Virus record (IMG/VR): IMGVR_UViG_3300009868_000003
Location: 1-64,000 of that record
Direction: 5' to 3' (one strand)
Length of the DNA stretch: 64,000 nucleotides
DNA from: a virus
Taxonomy: Duplodnaviria; Caudoviricetes
The translations under genes and the position numbers were made by a program. Numbering within the stretch: the first letter of the stretch is position 1; the number at the start of each line of letters is the position of its first letter. Positions 16,675 through 25,241 of the stretch are shown piece by piece. Below the pieces are notes generated by a model. That model saw only the letters and a list, made by a program, of their open reading frames with translations. It did not search any database and was not told where the DNA came from.

Positions 16675-16699
16675 TTCCTAACGGAAGCTCTTTGACATC

Positions 16700-17030
16700 A
16701 TGTTTAAGACTAATAGCCGCTGGTCTGGACCGGATACGTTGCCCGGGTCCTGCCGGATGGCTGCCAGCCAGGGAAGGTGCACAGAAAAGTGCATCTGGCC
16801 AGCAGGATATGCCCAGAATGCACCCAGGATGACCCTCCAGGTGCACCCGGGGGACACCTTTATAGGCTGAAATAATGATACCAGGGGTGCACGCGCTGGC
16901 ACATCATATTTTTTCCAAAACCCCCCGGCCCGGGAAGTCCAAAATTTAGAATGTGGAAAACCTCCCGGCTCATTTAGGCCGCTTGGGTTACAGGTGACCC
17001 GTCGCTTTTGAGCATTTCCCTCCCCGGGCT
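16700..17030. other. GC-rich intergenic island with clustered palindromes
   Basis: CCCGGG at 16742,16846,16929,17023; GTGCAC at 16777,16841,16887; TGCACCC(A/G)GG at 16819 and 16842 with an inverted copy at 16881. Confidence 0.6.
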
Positions 17031-17496
17031 GGGGACCCTCTTCTACCTTTTCCAGTATGTTGTTCCTATGGACAAAGCCTGCTTCCCTTGTCACCACCCC
17101 GTTCTTGACGACCCTCTTTATTGTTAGGGCTTCTCATATGGGACATGACCTCCTATTATATTATACGGTGGGGACTCGTCCCTTAGACCTGGAGTCCTAC
17201 CTGTTATCTTGTCTCCTTTTGATACTTTGCCATCTGTTTCCTTTTGTTTCTTACCGAGCGACTTTACGACCAGTTCCAACACCTTCTTCTGTTCCTTTTC
17301 CAGGGAGTCTGTCTGCTTTTTTCTGGTGGATTGAAGCCTCCCTCTGTCTCTGCTTTATCTTTAGGCCGCATGATTCCTTGTATTCTGTCGCAAGCCCTTC
17401 TATGAACCCCTTGACCTCCTTCCAGTCCTTCACCAGGTGGTATGCCCTTACCCGACCCCTTGGCATTATTCCGTCCCTCTGTCGGAAGTATAACAC
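17030..17496 (-). pseudogene. One or two small CDS broken by homopolymer indels
   Basis: Protein-like fragments in shifting frames: MPRGRVRAYHLVKDWKEVKGFIEGLATEYKES..., KQTDSLEKEQKKVLELVVKSLGKK, GDKITGRTPG, LTIKRVVKNGVVTREAGFVHRNNILEKVE. Confidence 0.4.
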
Positions 17497-17625
17497 TCAC
17501 CCCAGTAAACCTGTATAAGATGTGGGTCAACTGTCAAGGTCGTGTCAATGTGAGCCAAGAAGAAGCATCTGGTCTTTATTTTTCGGACAGTCTGCTCTAA
17601 GATTTCCGATAAATAAAAAGGTAGC

Positions 17626-19740
17626 ATGCACAGGGTCCTAAACATCGATGAGTTTTACTCCAACAATTCCTTTAAGGTAGACGATTCTTTCCTGGACAGG
17701 GCAGTCGCCTTTTTACGTGCATATGGTTATGAGGTCTCCCGAAGCCAGAGCGAGGGAATGTGGGTCCTTTCTGGCAGGTTTTCCTGGGTCGCGTTCGGTC
17801 CGACTGAGTGTTCGACCGCAAACAAGCTCAGGGTGCTTCGGGACCTTGACCTAAACGAAGACGACCTGTTCAACTATAAATACATTTTCGTCAACACAGA
17901 CGAACACGATTCAGCAAAGGTTGAACTGATAGTTGCTGGTTATACGTTTTCTCCAATGGACGTCCTTTCTCCTGGTCGGTTTAAGATCAAGAGACCTGAA
18001 TCCAACCGAAACAGGCAGGACACAAAGGACTACGGTTCCATAAGCAGAGACTGTCCAAATGCCTTTGTCTTTAAGAAGGAGGGCCTAATCTCGTTTGCAA
18101 TGAGGACTGCTGAGTCCCTAAGTATCGACTTCGGTTCCGATGACTTCACGGGCATCTCTGCACAGGGTTCCCTGTTGGAAGGTTCCTCTCTTGAAAGCTC
18201 TCCAGAAGACGCAGCAATACTCTTACGTGCACATGGTAACCGATTCAGGAGGGACGGTGACCGTCTGTTTGTGCAGTGTCCATACATTGCTTTCTATTCC
18301 GGTAACAAGGAGCAGGTCAAGAAGTTTAAGAAACTTGTCAGGACAAAGATGAAGGAACTTGGGATCCCAGTGTTTGACATGGTCTCACCAAACGGACCAG
18401 GTTCGGTGTTTGCCTTACCTGACTGGGACCAGGCACGTCTCCTCGCGGGGGCATTAATGGATCCAGAGGACCCTGCATTGATTGGCAAGCTGACGGGTCA
18501 CCGGGACTTCAAGTTTTACCGTCAACCTTCAGTCGGTGAAGAACACCAGTTTGTAGGTATCATATGGATAGACTCAAATTCCAAGACGCTTGGCCTCCAG
18601 GTCGAACCCACAGTCCTTCGCAAAATACTGGACCACTTAAGGACCCGTCCGATCGACGGGGACCGTATGGACGTTGCAAGCGGTGAGGAATATACTGACA
18701 TCCTAATGGAAACATCAGGCAGACCTGACTCGGAGTTTCCTAAGATGGCCGGTTTACTCTCTCACTTTGGCATAAAGCTTCGTAAGAGGGACAGGAGCCC
18801 ACGTTACGTCCTCGAAGGAGCAACTTTTATTGCAATGCCACCTAACAATTCAAAAGGCGAAGAGATAGCAAAGGAACTTTCAACAAAATCAGGAGTCCCT
18901 TTCTTAAAGTTTCATGGACTTGAATCAGTATCGGGAATAAGTGCAAACGGTATAGTGTTCTTAACTAAAGAAGACATTGACAGGTTCTTTAATGCAGCCA
19001 AAGAAATTCCTGGTCTTTCAGTTGGGCCTAAGGGAATCAATATGGGTATAGACCTAAGTACCGGTAAAAGATCTTTCACTGGTCTTTTTACCATGTATAC
19101 TCCAGACGAAGGTTTTAAACCAACAATGACTGCTAATTTTCTTAAGAAGCTTTATAAGTATGCTTTAGAAAAAGCAGGAGGTTCAATAGGAGACGACGAA
19201 GTAATCGGCCGTTACCATTCAGACCTCCTAATGGAGGAAGTCAAGAACGTTTCATGGGCAATATCATATGCTAACCTATACGGTTACGATGCATCACTCA
19301 GCCAGAAACACCAGGGATACATCGAATTCACAGGTTCATATTCCTTTATGGTACACAGTGACATTGCTGACCGAGTAGCAGAAACAATTAAGGGAATGTA
19401 TGCAATGAGGTATGGACACAAGGGGTGTGGGTTTGTCTTTGTCTCAAACGATTGGCTGCAGGAATCTCTTGATAGGATAGCAGACGATGATTCAAACTTT
19501 GATATAGACGATGATGGAGACCTGGTCTGGAAGGATGCACCAAACGGTCCACATAAGGTCAGTGTGACAGACCGTCCAACCGACAGGGCTTATTTACCGG
19601 TTGCTAACTTTATCTATGGAATGACTAGGCTGTATAACTTTAATCGACGTCTAAACCGTGACATTGAAACGGGAGTAGGCGTGACGGCTTCGTTGCTTGA
19701 AGGAGTTCCTAGCTTTTCTCAATGGTCTTCACGTGTTTAG
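17626..19740 (+). CDS. Large hypothetical protein (704 aa), probable virion/head protein
   Basis: ORF track; GATAAATA upstream; N-terminus MHRVLNIDEFY; no motif recognised. Confidence 0.75.
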   Translation: MHRVLNIDEFYSNNSFKVDDSFLDRAVAFLRAYGYEVSRSQSEGMWVLSGRFSWVAFGPTECSTANKLRVLRDLDLNEDDLFNYKYIFVNTDEHDSAKVELIVAGYTFSPMDVLSPGRFKIKRPESNRNRQDTKDYGSISRDCPNAFVFKKEGLISFAMRTAESLSIDFGSDDFTGISAQGSLLEGSSLESSPEDAAILLRAHGNRFRRDGDRLFVQCPYIAFYSGNKEQVKKFKKLVRTKMKELGIPVFDMVSPNGPGSVFALPDWDQARLLAGALMDPEDPALIGKLTGHRDFKFYRQPSVGEEHQFVGIIWIDSNSKTLGLQVEPTVLRKILDHLRTRPIDGDRMDVASGEEYTDILMETSGRPDSEFPKMAGLLSHFGIKLRKRDRSPRYVLEGATFIAMPPNNSKGEEIAKELSTKSGVPFLKFHGLESVSGISANGIVFLTKEDIDRFFNAAKEIPGLSVGPKGINMGIDLSTGKRSFTGLFTMYTPDEGFKPTMTANFLKKLYKYALEKAGGSIGDDEVIGRYHSDLLMEEVKNVSWAISYANLYGYDASLSQKHQGYIEFTGSYSFMVHSDIADRVAETIKGMYAMRYGHKGCGFVFVSNDWLQESLDRIADDDSNFDIDDDGDLVWKDAPNGPHKVSVTDRPTDRAYLPVANFIYGMTRLYNFNRRLNRDIETGVGVTASLLEGVPSFSQWSSRV

Positions 19741-19750
19741 CAAGGTTTTG

Positions 19751-19775
19751 GGACGGTGCAGTAAACTCACCGTCC
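19751..19775 (+). terminator. Terminator hairpin between convergent genes
   Basis: GGACGGTG-N9-CACCGTCC then TTGT. Confidence 0.6.
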
Positions 19776-19819
19776 TTGTCTAGGATACGACGCATCTCAC
19801 GCTTTTGTCGAGCATGTTT

Positions 19820-19894
19820 CTATATGGTCTCAATAAGCTTTCTTCTTTCTTCTTCTTTCACAGGGCCTTTTCGTTGGAAAGACATGTCTTTCAT
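19820..19894 (-). CDS. Small charged peptide, 24 aa (amber stop)
   Basis: MKDMSFQRKGPVKEEERRKLIETI; ATGA overlap with upstream stop. Confidence 0.35.
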   Translation of the reverse strand: MKDMSFQRKGPVKEEERRKLIETI

Positions 19895-20316
19895 TTTATT
19901 GAATCTCTTTCAAGCATTGCCTTTCTAATCTCTTCCTTCATCCAGGCTCGGCAAAACTTACAATTTCCCTTATGAGTCAGATAGAGGCCTCCGTTGTAAG
20001 AACCGTTGTCCTGACCGATTATGTATTCACATGAATCGATGACCTGGATCTCGGTTGCATATGGTTTCATATGTTCATATGAGTATGGGACCAATATGGA
20101 TTTAGGGTATTCAGGCCGTATGATATCTCCCTTCATCTTCTGATACTCTTCTTTAGTGATGGTAACGTTTTCTGAATCGTTATTACAGGAGCTCAGTGCA
20201 ACTACTGCCAATGCCACCATTAGGAGAAGTATAAGTATTGCTCTCACCTTTATCAGTCCAAGGTTGATTGTGGCCCTCAGTATGTTCCAAAGGGTCGTGT
20301 TTCGTTTCATTTTCAT
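19891..20316 (-). CDS. Putative lipoprotein
   Basis: Hydrophobic stretch ending in lipobox-like LSSC. Confidence 0.6.
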   Translation of the reverse strand: MKMKRNTTLWNILRATINLGLIKVRAILILLLMVALAVVALSSCNNDSENVTITKEEYQKMKGDIIRPEYPKSILVPYSYEHMKPYATEIQVIDSCEYIIGQDNGSYNGGLYLTHKGNCKFCRAWMKEEIRKAMLERDSIK

Positions 20317-20320
20317 GCTC

Positions 20321-21214
20321 TTACTTTAAAAGAGGTTGGTTTTCTTTCTTAGAATCAAACACTGAGTCTGTCTTGTCAGACAGGAACCCATACTGAAAGT
20401 CTATCTTTTCGCACTCTAAAAACCTGTTATAGAAGTTGTTGGGAAACGTGTCAAGCAGGGTGTTGTTCGCCTGGGCAATCTGCTGGCACTGGATCTCAAT
20501 ACCATAATATTCCTCCCTCTGTTGTTCGATGAAGGTTGAGAGGTCAGCATAGAAGTCTGAGAACTTTTCGTATGGGACGTGTTGGTTTTCACTCACCCAT
20601 TTCCAAGTAAGGTTCTTACCGTCGGCCCTGTTTTCCATGATTATCTTGGTGACCTCAATAAAGGTCTCCTTGTTAAGGCCTGCTATCTCTTCTTTTTGGA
20701 CGTATGTCTTCCAAAGCTTGTCATAGAACCCCCTTTTAGATTGCACTTTCTGTTCGTATTGGTAGTGGTACACCTTAGACGTATTGTAGACGTTTTTACC
20801 ACCTAAGTACACGGTCTTTGTTGTGTCATATATCACGTTAGCTACGTATAATCCAAATAAAAAGAAGGCAATCCATTTTAGCCTATTCTTTAGGTTTTTA
20901 CCGGTCTCTTTTGTCTTTTCCTCATCGCCTTCATTGTATGAATATGAGGATTGAGCTTTTTTGCTTCCCTCAATGAAGGAAGGTCGGATTTCCTTATCTG
21001 ATAGGATGATTATTGAATAACCAATATATGCAAAATACGCAAAAATTAACAGTGAGGCAAAAAGAAAATTAAGAGGCCCGGCTTGGTCTTCCTTACCCTG
21101 TAACAGAGTAAACGGGATGTGATTGTAAACTTGGATCAAACCGATTGGAATGATAAAAAGTCCAATGATAAAAATGGCAGTCGCATGCCACATCTTTAAT
21201 CTAAAATTTTTCAT
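20321..21214 (-). CDS. Membrane protein with LemA-like C-terminal domain
   Basis: Three TM segments, then a helical region ending ANNTLLDTFPNNFY, resembling the LemA N....FP.n motif. Confidence 0.55.
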   Translation of the reverse strand: MKNFRLKMWHATAIFIIGLFIIPIGLIQVYNHIPFTLLQGKEDQAGPLNFLFASLLIFAYFAYIGYSIIILSDKEIRPSFIEGSKKAQSSYSYNEGDEEKTKETGKNLKNRLKWIAFFLFGLYVANVIYDTTKTVYLGGKNVYNTSKVYHYQYEQKVQSKRGFYDKLWKTYVQKEEIAGLNKETFIEVTKIIMENRADGKNLTWKWVSENQHVPYEKFSDFYADLSTFIEQQREEYYGIEIQCQQIAQANNTLLDTFPNNFYNRFLECEKIDFQYGFLSDKTDSVFDSKKENQPLLK

Positions 21215-21319
21215 TCAGTTTTTGTTTAGTTAGGATAATTTACCACTTGGGGTCAAGAAATGGAGTTGGTGGAGTCGAGTTGTCTCCCAGACTCCACCTG
21301 GTCTAATAAATAAAGAGGT

Positions 21320-21800
21320 ATGATGGAGTTCAATTTTAGGTTTGTTCGTGAAGGTCTTAGAGAGGAACTTGAAGCATGGGTTGCAGGGACTCTTAGCACG
21401 CCAAACAAGATAAAAACGGTAAAAAGAGTGCTTTCTTCACTGGACTATCGTACCGGACATCGAGTTCATCAGGTTGGGAATATTGGGACAGGACTCGAAA
21501 TACATCATCGCCGAATTTTCCCCGAATAGCAGCCAAAATTTCCTGGGATTCATCGACAATTCTCTTTGCTTCAATGTCTGTGTAATATATTGGGGCGTTA
21601 AACTTTTCACCTATTATCTTACAAACATGTTACTTACCACTTCCGATCCCACCTGTGATTCCTACCTTTTTCATATGAAATGTTCTGAACACGCAAACTC
21701 CCTGACTGAGATACGTTCGCTTGGGTCTTTTGGTTTTTCGGTATACATTCTCACTCTATCCTTATGTTCGTGCCCACATAAGACACAAAATTCTACGTGA
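21320..21800 (+). CDS. Hypothetical protein, probably frameshifted
   Basis: Removing one A at 21421-21425 joins track ORFs 21320..21529 and 21474..21800. The 3' end is uncertain because it overlaps a minus-strand ORF. Confidence 0.4.
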
Positions 21801-21844
21801 GTAAAGTACCAGTGTTTCTTTTTGGGTTTAGTTTCCTTTTCCAC
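21671..21844 (-). CDS. Small Cys/His protein, 57 aa
   Basis: Below track cutoff; (GTG) MEKETKPKKKHWYFTHVEFCVLCGHEHKDR...CSEHFI. Confidence 0.5.
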   Translation of the reverse strand: MEKETKPKKKHWYFTHVEFCVLCGHEHKDRVRMYTEKPKDPSERISVREFACSEHFI

Positions 21845-21995
21845 TTTGAAAGAGATAAAGCTTATACATTATTTCGTCAGTTGAAGCAACCTGAAGACCT
21901 GAACGAACTTCATACCATCCGCCACTCCAGTCTCGTTTCTTAAATCCATGTGATTGACACCATGGAATAAAATTTGGGTCGTTTGTATGATTCAT
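21828..21995 (-). CDS. Small hypothetical protein, 55 aa
   Basis: Below track cutoff; MNHTNDPNFIPWCQSHGFKKRDWSGGWYEV...; abuts upstream stop. Confidence 0.55.
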   Translation of the reverse strand: MNHTNDPNFIPWCQSHGFKKRDWSGGWYEVRSGLQVASTDEIMYKLYLFQSGKGN

Positions 21996-21996
21996 C

Positions 21997-22194
21997 TTAC
22001 TTGTTTACTGTTACCTGAATTTTTGTCACAGTTTTCACTCCAGGATACCTGTCCATTGGGTCTCCTCCAACCTCCTGGATAACATAGTTAACACTTATTT
22101 TTTCAGGATCCTTTTCAAGGTCTTTTGTAATAAGCTTTTTTATCTCTTCGAGTGAAAATTCGAACGTTTCTTTTGATGATGTTAAAGTAGGCAT
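21997..22194 (-). CDS. Hypothetical protein
   Basis: ORF track. Confidence 0.7.
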   Translation of the reverse strand: MPTLTSSKETFEFSLEEIKKLITKDLEKDPEKISVNYVIQEVGGDPMDRYPGVKTVTKIQVTVNK

Positions 22195-22215
22195 ATCAAT
22201 TATGATACCAAACTC

Positions 22216-22593
22216 TTACTTCTTAGTAAAAACCCAAGTAAAAAATATGTGAAAGATTAAACGATGACCAACATAAGTGATAAAACATACCCACCATGGT
22301 AGAAAGATTCCACCGATTACAAAAGAAGCTGCAAAAGTTACGCTAAACACAGCTTGAAAGAAATGCCAGGCATCAGTTACCCAAACAAGAGGACTTGAAA
22401 GCAACCATCTGAGGACTTTGTTTTTTCTGGACCAGGTGTATTTGTTTTCCCAGCTTCTGTTTGGGCCCCACCAGCTTCCTAACTTACTAAAGTCACTCGC
22501 ATAAAAATGAAAAGCTAAGGTGTCCATTATTGCCTTAGACACCCCACTTGTCATTACAAGCACGAATATTATAATTGATATTAAAACTATCAT
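22216..22593 (-). CDS. Membrane protein
   Basis: Multiple hydrophobic segments; W..KY and TDAWH motifs. Confidence 0.75.
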   Translation of the reverse strand: MIVLISIIIFVLVMTSGVSKAIMDTLAFHFYASDFSKLGSWWGPNRSWENKYTWSRKNKVLRWLLSSPLVWVTDAWHFFQAVFSVTFAASFVIGGIFLPWWVCFITYVGHRLIFHIFFTWVFTKK

Positions 22594-22868
22594 TTTATCT
22601 TACCTGTGTCTCTTAAGTTATTATAAATCATGTAGCCCAATGCACCTAAAAAACCAAGTCCAACTAAACATACCGGCCAAATCCACATAAAGTCTTGGAG
22701 CCAATAGTATTTTTCATCGTATCGCTTATCTGCTGCTATTGAAAACCAAGCGATGGAAGGTGCAGCTGCAATTAGAAATATTGGAATTATTATCGATAGA
22801 CCTACTAACGCAGCTTTAGCTAAAGTAAACTTTCCTTCTCCAATTATCCTATCAAATATGTTTATCAT
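22590..22868 (-). CDS. Two-TM membrane protein
   Basis: Two hydrophobic segments. Confidence 0.7.
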   Translation of the reverse strand: MINIFDRIIGEGKFTLAKAALVGLSIIIPIFLIAAAPSIAWFSIAADKRYDEKYYWLQDFMWIWPVCLVGLGFLGALGYMIYNNLRDTGKIK

Positions 22869-22919
22869 CTCAGATGGGTTCTTTCTTTTATTTATTTTTG
22901 ACCCAAAATAGATAAACTT

Positions 22920-23382
22920 ATGAGTAACGAAGATTTAGTTAAAAATGCAATTAATGCACCTGCTTCACAAAAAAGTCAGGGCGGCTAATGTTACTCCAAC
23001 AACTATTACTACCAATTTCTATTTTGTCAATAAGATTGAAAAAAGCCAAAATAATCTATGGGGTCCTGGTAAATGGACAGAAGATGAAATGATTGTGGCA
23101 TCTGAAAAAGGAGCAGTCGATTTGACCCAAGTTTTTCCAGATCAAGAAAGGTTTTCAAGAGACATGGTCTTTCCTGATTCATGGACAGTTGCGACTTTTC
23201 AAGACAGCGTTAGAAACGCATATGGTACTGACACTGGAAAATCAGGTCAGTCTGTATTCATCAGCTTTGAAAAGTTAGATGCTTTTTTAAAGGTGTTCGG
23301 TCTTTCATTCGAACTGCTAAGAGGAGAGAACCTTACATCTAAACTTATGGAGTCAGTTCCGAGTTTTTTTTGGAATGGCTAA
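22920..23382 (+). CDS. Hypothetical protein (5' frameshift)
   Basis: ATG 22920 (MSNEDLVKNAINAPASQK) joins the track frame if one A is removed from 22969-22974. Confidence 0.6.
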
Positions 23383-23553
23383 GTGTGAAAGGTTAATTGG
23401 TCGCTGAAACTTATGATAAGCCTCATGTCTCTTCATTTCACTAATTAACACGTATTTTTCCAAAGTCTATATAAGTTCAAAGTTATCATACAACGAAATG
23501 ATACCAAAAATGAAGACATTAATGTATTTGGTAAATTTTAAAGAAAAAAAACA

Positions 23554-24453
23554 ATGAGTTTTTTACGATTTTATGAAGAAATCTCTTCAATTCGTGGGTT
23601 TAATCCCGAAAAATACTTAGAAAATAAGGTCTATCTTATTAATGAGTTTTTCAAAAACGAACGGCGTGATTCGGTAGTTGTCGGAATCTCTGGAGGGATT
23701 GATTCTGCATTAGTTGTAAACATTTTTAACAAGGCAGCGCAAGCAAAAGATTCCCCTATCAGAATGATAGTCGGTCTTATTCTACCTGTCTCAGGTTCAG
23801 GAACGACCGGTCAAAATAAAGCAAAAGACAAAGCATTAGAAGTCCTAAACAAAATACCAGTTGCGTGTCAAGTGATGGATCTTTCACCAGCATATGACTC
23901 AATTGTGGCTCAAGGTGGAGGTTCAGCATGGGCACAGGGACAGATGGCCTCTGTATTGAGAACACCGGCTTTGTATTATCAAGCAGCTCTTTTACAAGAT
24001 GCAGGGTACCGTTCAATTGTATCAGGAACAACAAACAGGGACGAAGGGGCATATATTGGGTTTTATGGTAAAGGTTCAGACGGTATGGTTGACATACAAC
24101 CTATTGGAGATTTGCATAAGTCTGAAGTCGTCTTACTTTCTAAAATGCTAAATGTTCCGGTTGAAATTCAAATCGCTCCTCCTGCTGGAGACGTATGGGA
24201 CGGTCGTGTAGACGAACAGATGATAGGGGCACCATATTGGTTTATTGAATCGTATCTAATAATGCTTGAAAAAGGAAGGTTTGACCTGTTAGAAATGTTA
24301 GGCCAAGAAGAAAGAACAAAAGCAGACCGATGGATGGAAAACATTGAAAAGATACACAAAACAAATTTACATAAATATCAAGTCGGCCTTCCTGCAAGGT
24401 TTGTGGACGTAATTCCACGATGTGTCCCTGGCGGTTGGTCATCAAAACTATAA
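23554..24453 (+). CDS. nadE: NH3-dependent NAD+ synthetase
   Basis: PP-loop VVVGISGGIDS; Q..S.LR, GT.NRDE, GFYGKGSDG, PIGDLHKSEV and P.gD motifs; no glutaminase domain. Confidence 0.9.
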   Translation: MSFLRFYEEISSIRGFNPEKYLENKVYLINEFFKNERRDSVVVGISGGIDSALVVNIFNKAAQAKDSPIRMIVGLILPVSGSGTTGQNKAKDKALEVLNKIPVACQVMDLSPAYDSIVAQGGGSAWAQGQMASVLRTPALYYQAALLQDAGYRSIVSGTTNRDEGAYIGFYGKGSDGMVDIQPIGDLHKSEVVLLSKMLNVPVEIQIAPPAGDVWDGRVDEQMIGAPYWFIESYLIMLEKGRFDLLEMLGQEERTKADRWMENIEKIHKTNLHKYQVGLPARFVDVIPRCVPGGWSSKL

Positions 24454-24454
24454 C

Positions 24455-25240
24455 ATGGAACTAATACAGACAAAACCAGACATGAGTAAGGTCCCAGGAG
24501 GATGGGAACCTGAGACCAATTTATTATTAAACGAATCATTCGGTCCTATCCATGAAAGAAAGCTTATAGATGAAACGTCAAAGGCAATAGTGTTTGACAA
24601 TGTCCTGTCACCTGTTGATTCTAAAAAACTTAGAGACCTTTTTCTAAACTCTCACATTACTGCACCTGTCTCTATTCAAGGAAGACAGGATGTTCCTGAT
24701 GATAGAATAGGTTCGGTTAGAGCAACTGCATGGAGTCCATACCTGGCCGACCAGATTTGGTCAAGATTAAAGATGCATCCTCATTTTTCGTTAAAGTGGT
24801 TTATGATGGAAGACTTTGTTGCGACTGATTGGTGGCAAGAGGGTCCATTTAGAAAGTGGGAAGCTTTCGGAGTCTCCCCTATGTTAAGGTTTATGAAATA
24901 CGAAAAAGGAGGCCAACATTATTCTCATTATGATGCAGGTTTCATTTATCCTGACCCTCACTATCGTACTCTTAAGTCGATCGTGATTTATTTAACGACA
25001 AATGAAGGTTCAGGTGCGACTCGATTTGTAGAAGACGGACAGGGAAACCTTCCAGTTTGGGAAAGAGATCATCGTGACTGGACTCGTGAGACTCGAGAAG
25101 AAGAAATAATCACTCGTTCATACCCAATTGAAGGTTCGGTGCTTTCATTCAACCATAGGTTATGCCATGATGTTGAAATATTCAATGGACCTGGAGATAG
25201 GATAATAATTAGAGGAGACATAATATACAAAGCCATATAA
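24455..25240 (+). CDS. 2OG-Fe(II) oxygenase (prolyl-hydroxylase-like)
   Basis: RFMKY..G..YSHYD (HxD), IVIYL, GATRF, distal H (LCHDV) and R (IIRGD). Confidence 0.85.
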   Translation: MELIQTKPDMSKVPGGWEPETNLLLNESFGPIHERKLIDETSKAIVFDNVLSPVDSKKLRDLFLNSHITAPVSIQGRQDVPDDRIGSVRATAWSPYLADQIWSRLKMHPHFSLKWFMMEDFVATDWWQEGPFRKWEAFGVSPMLRFMKYEKGGQHYSHYDAGFIYPDPHYRTLKSIVIYLTTNEGSGATRFVEDGQGNLPVWERDHRDWTRETREEEIITRSYPIEGSVLSFNHRLCHDVEIFNGPGDRIIIRGDIIYKAI

Positions 25241-25241
25241 G

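Noticed and set aside
16634-17518. Track ORFs 16634..16846, 16678..17097, 17057..17518 and 17264..17530 as intact genes
   Set aside because: They have atypical composition or are antisense shadows; only fragments on the minus strand look protein-like.
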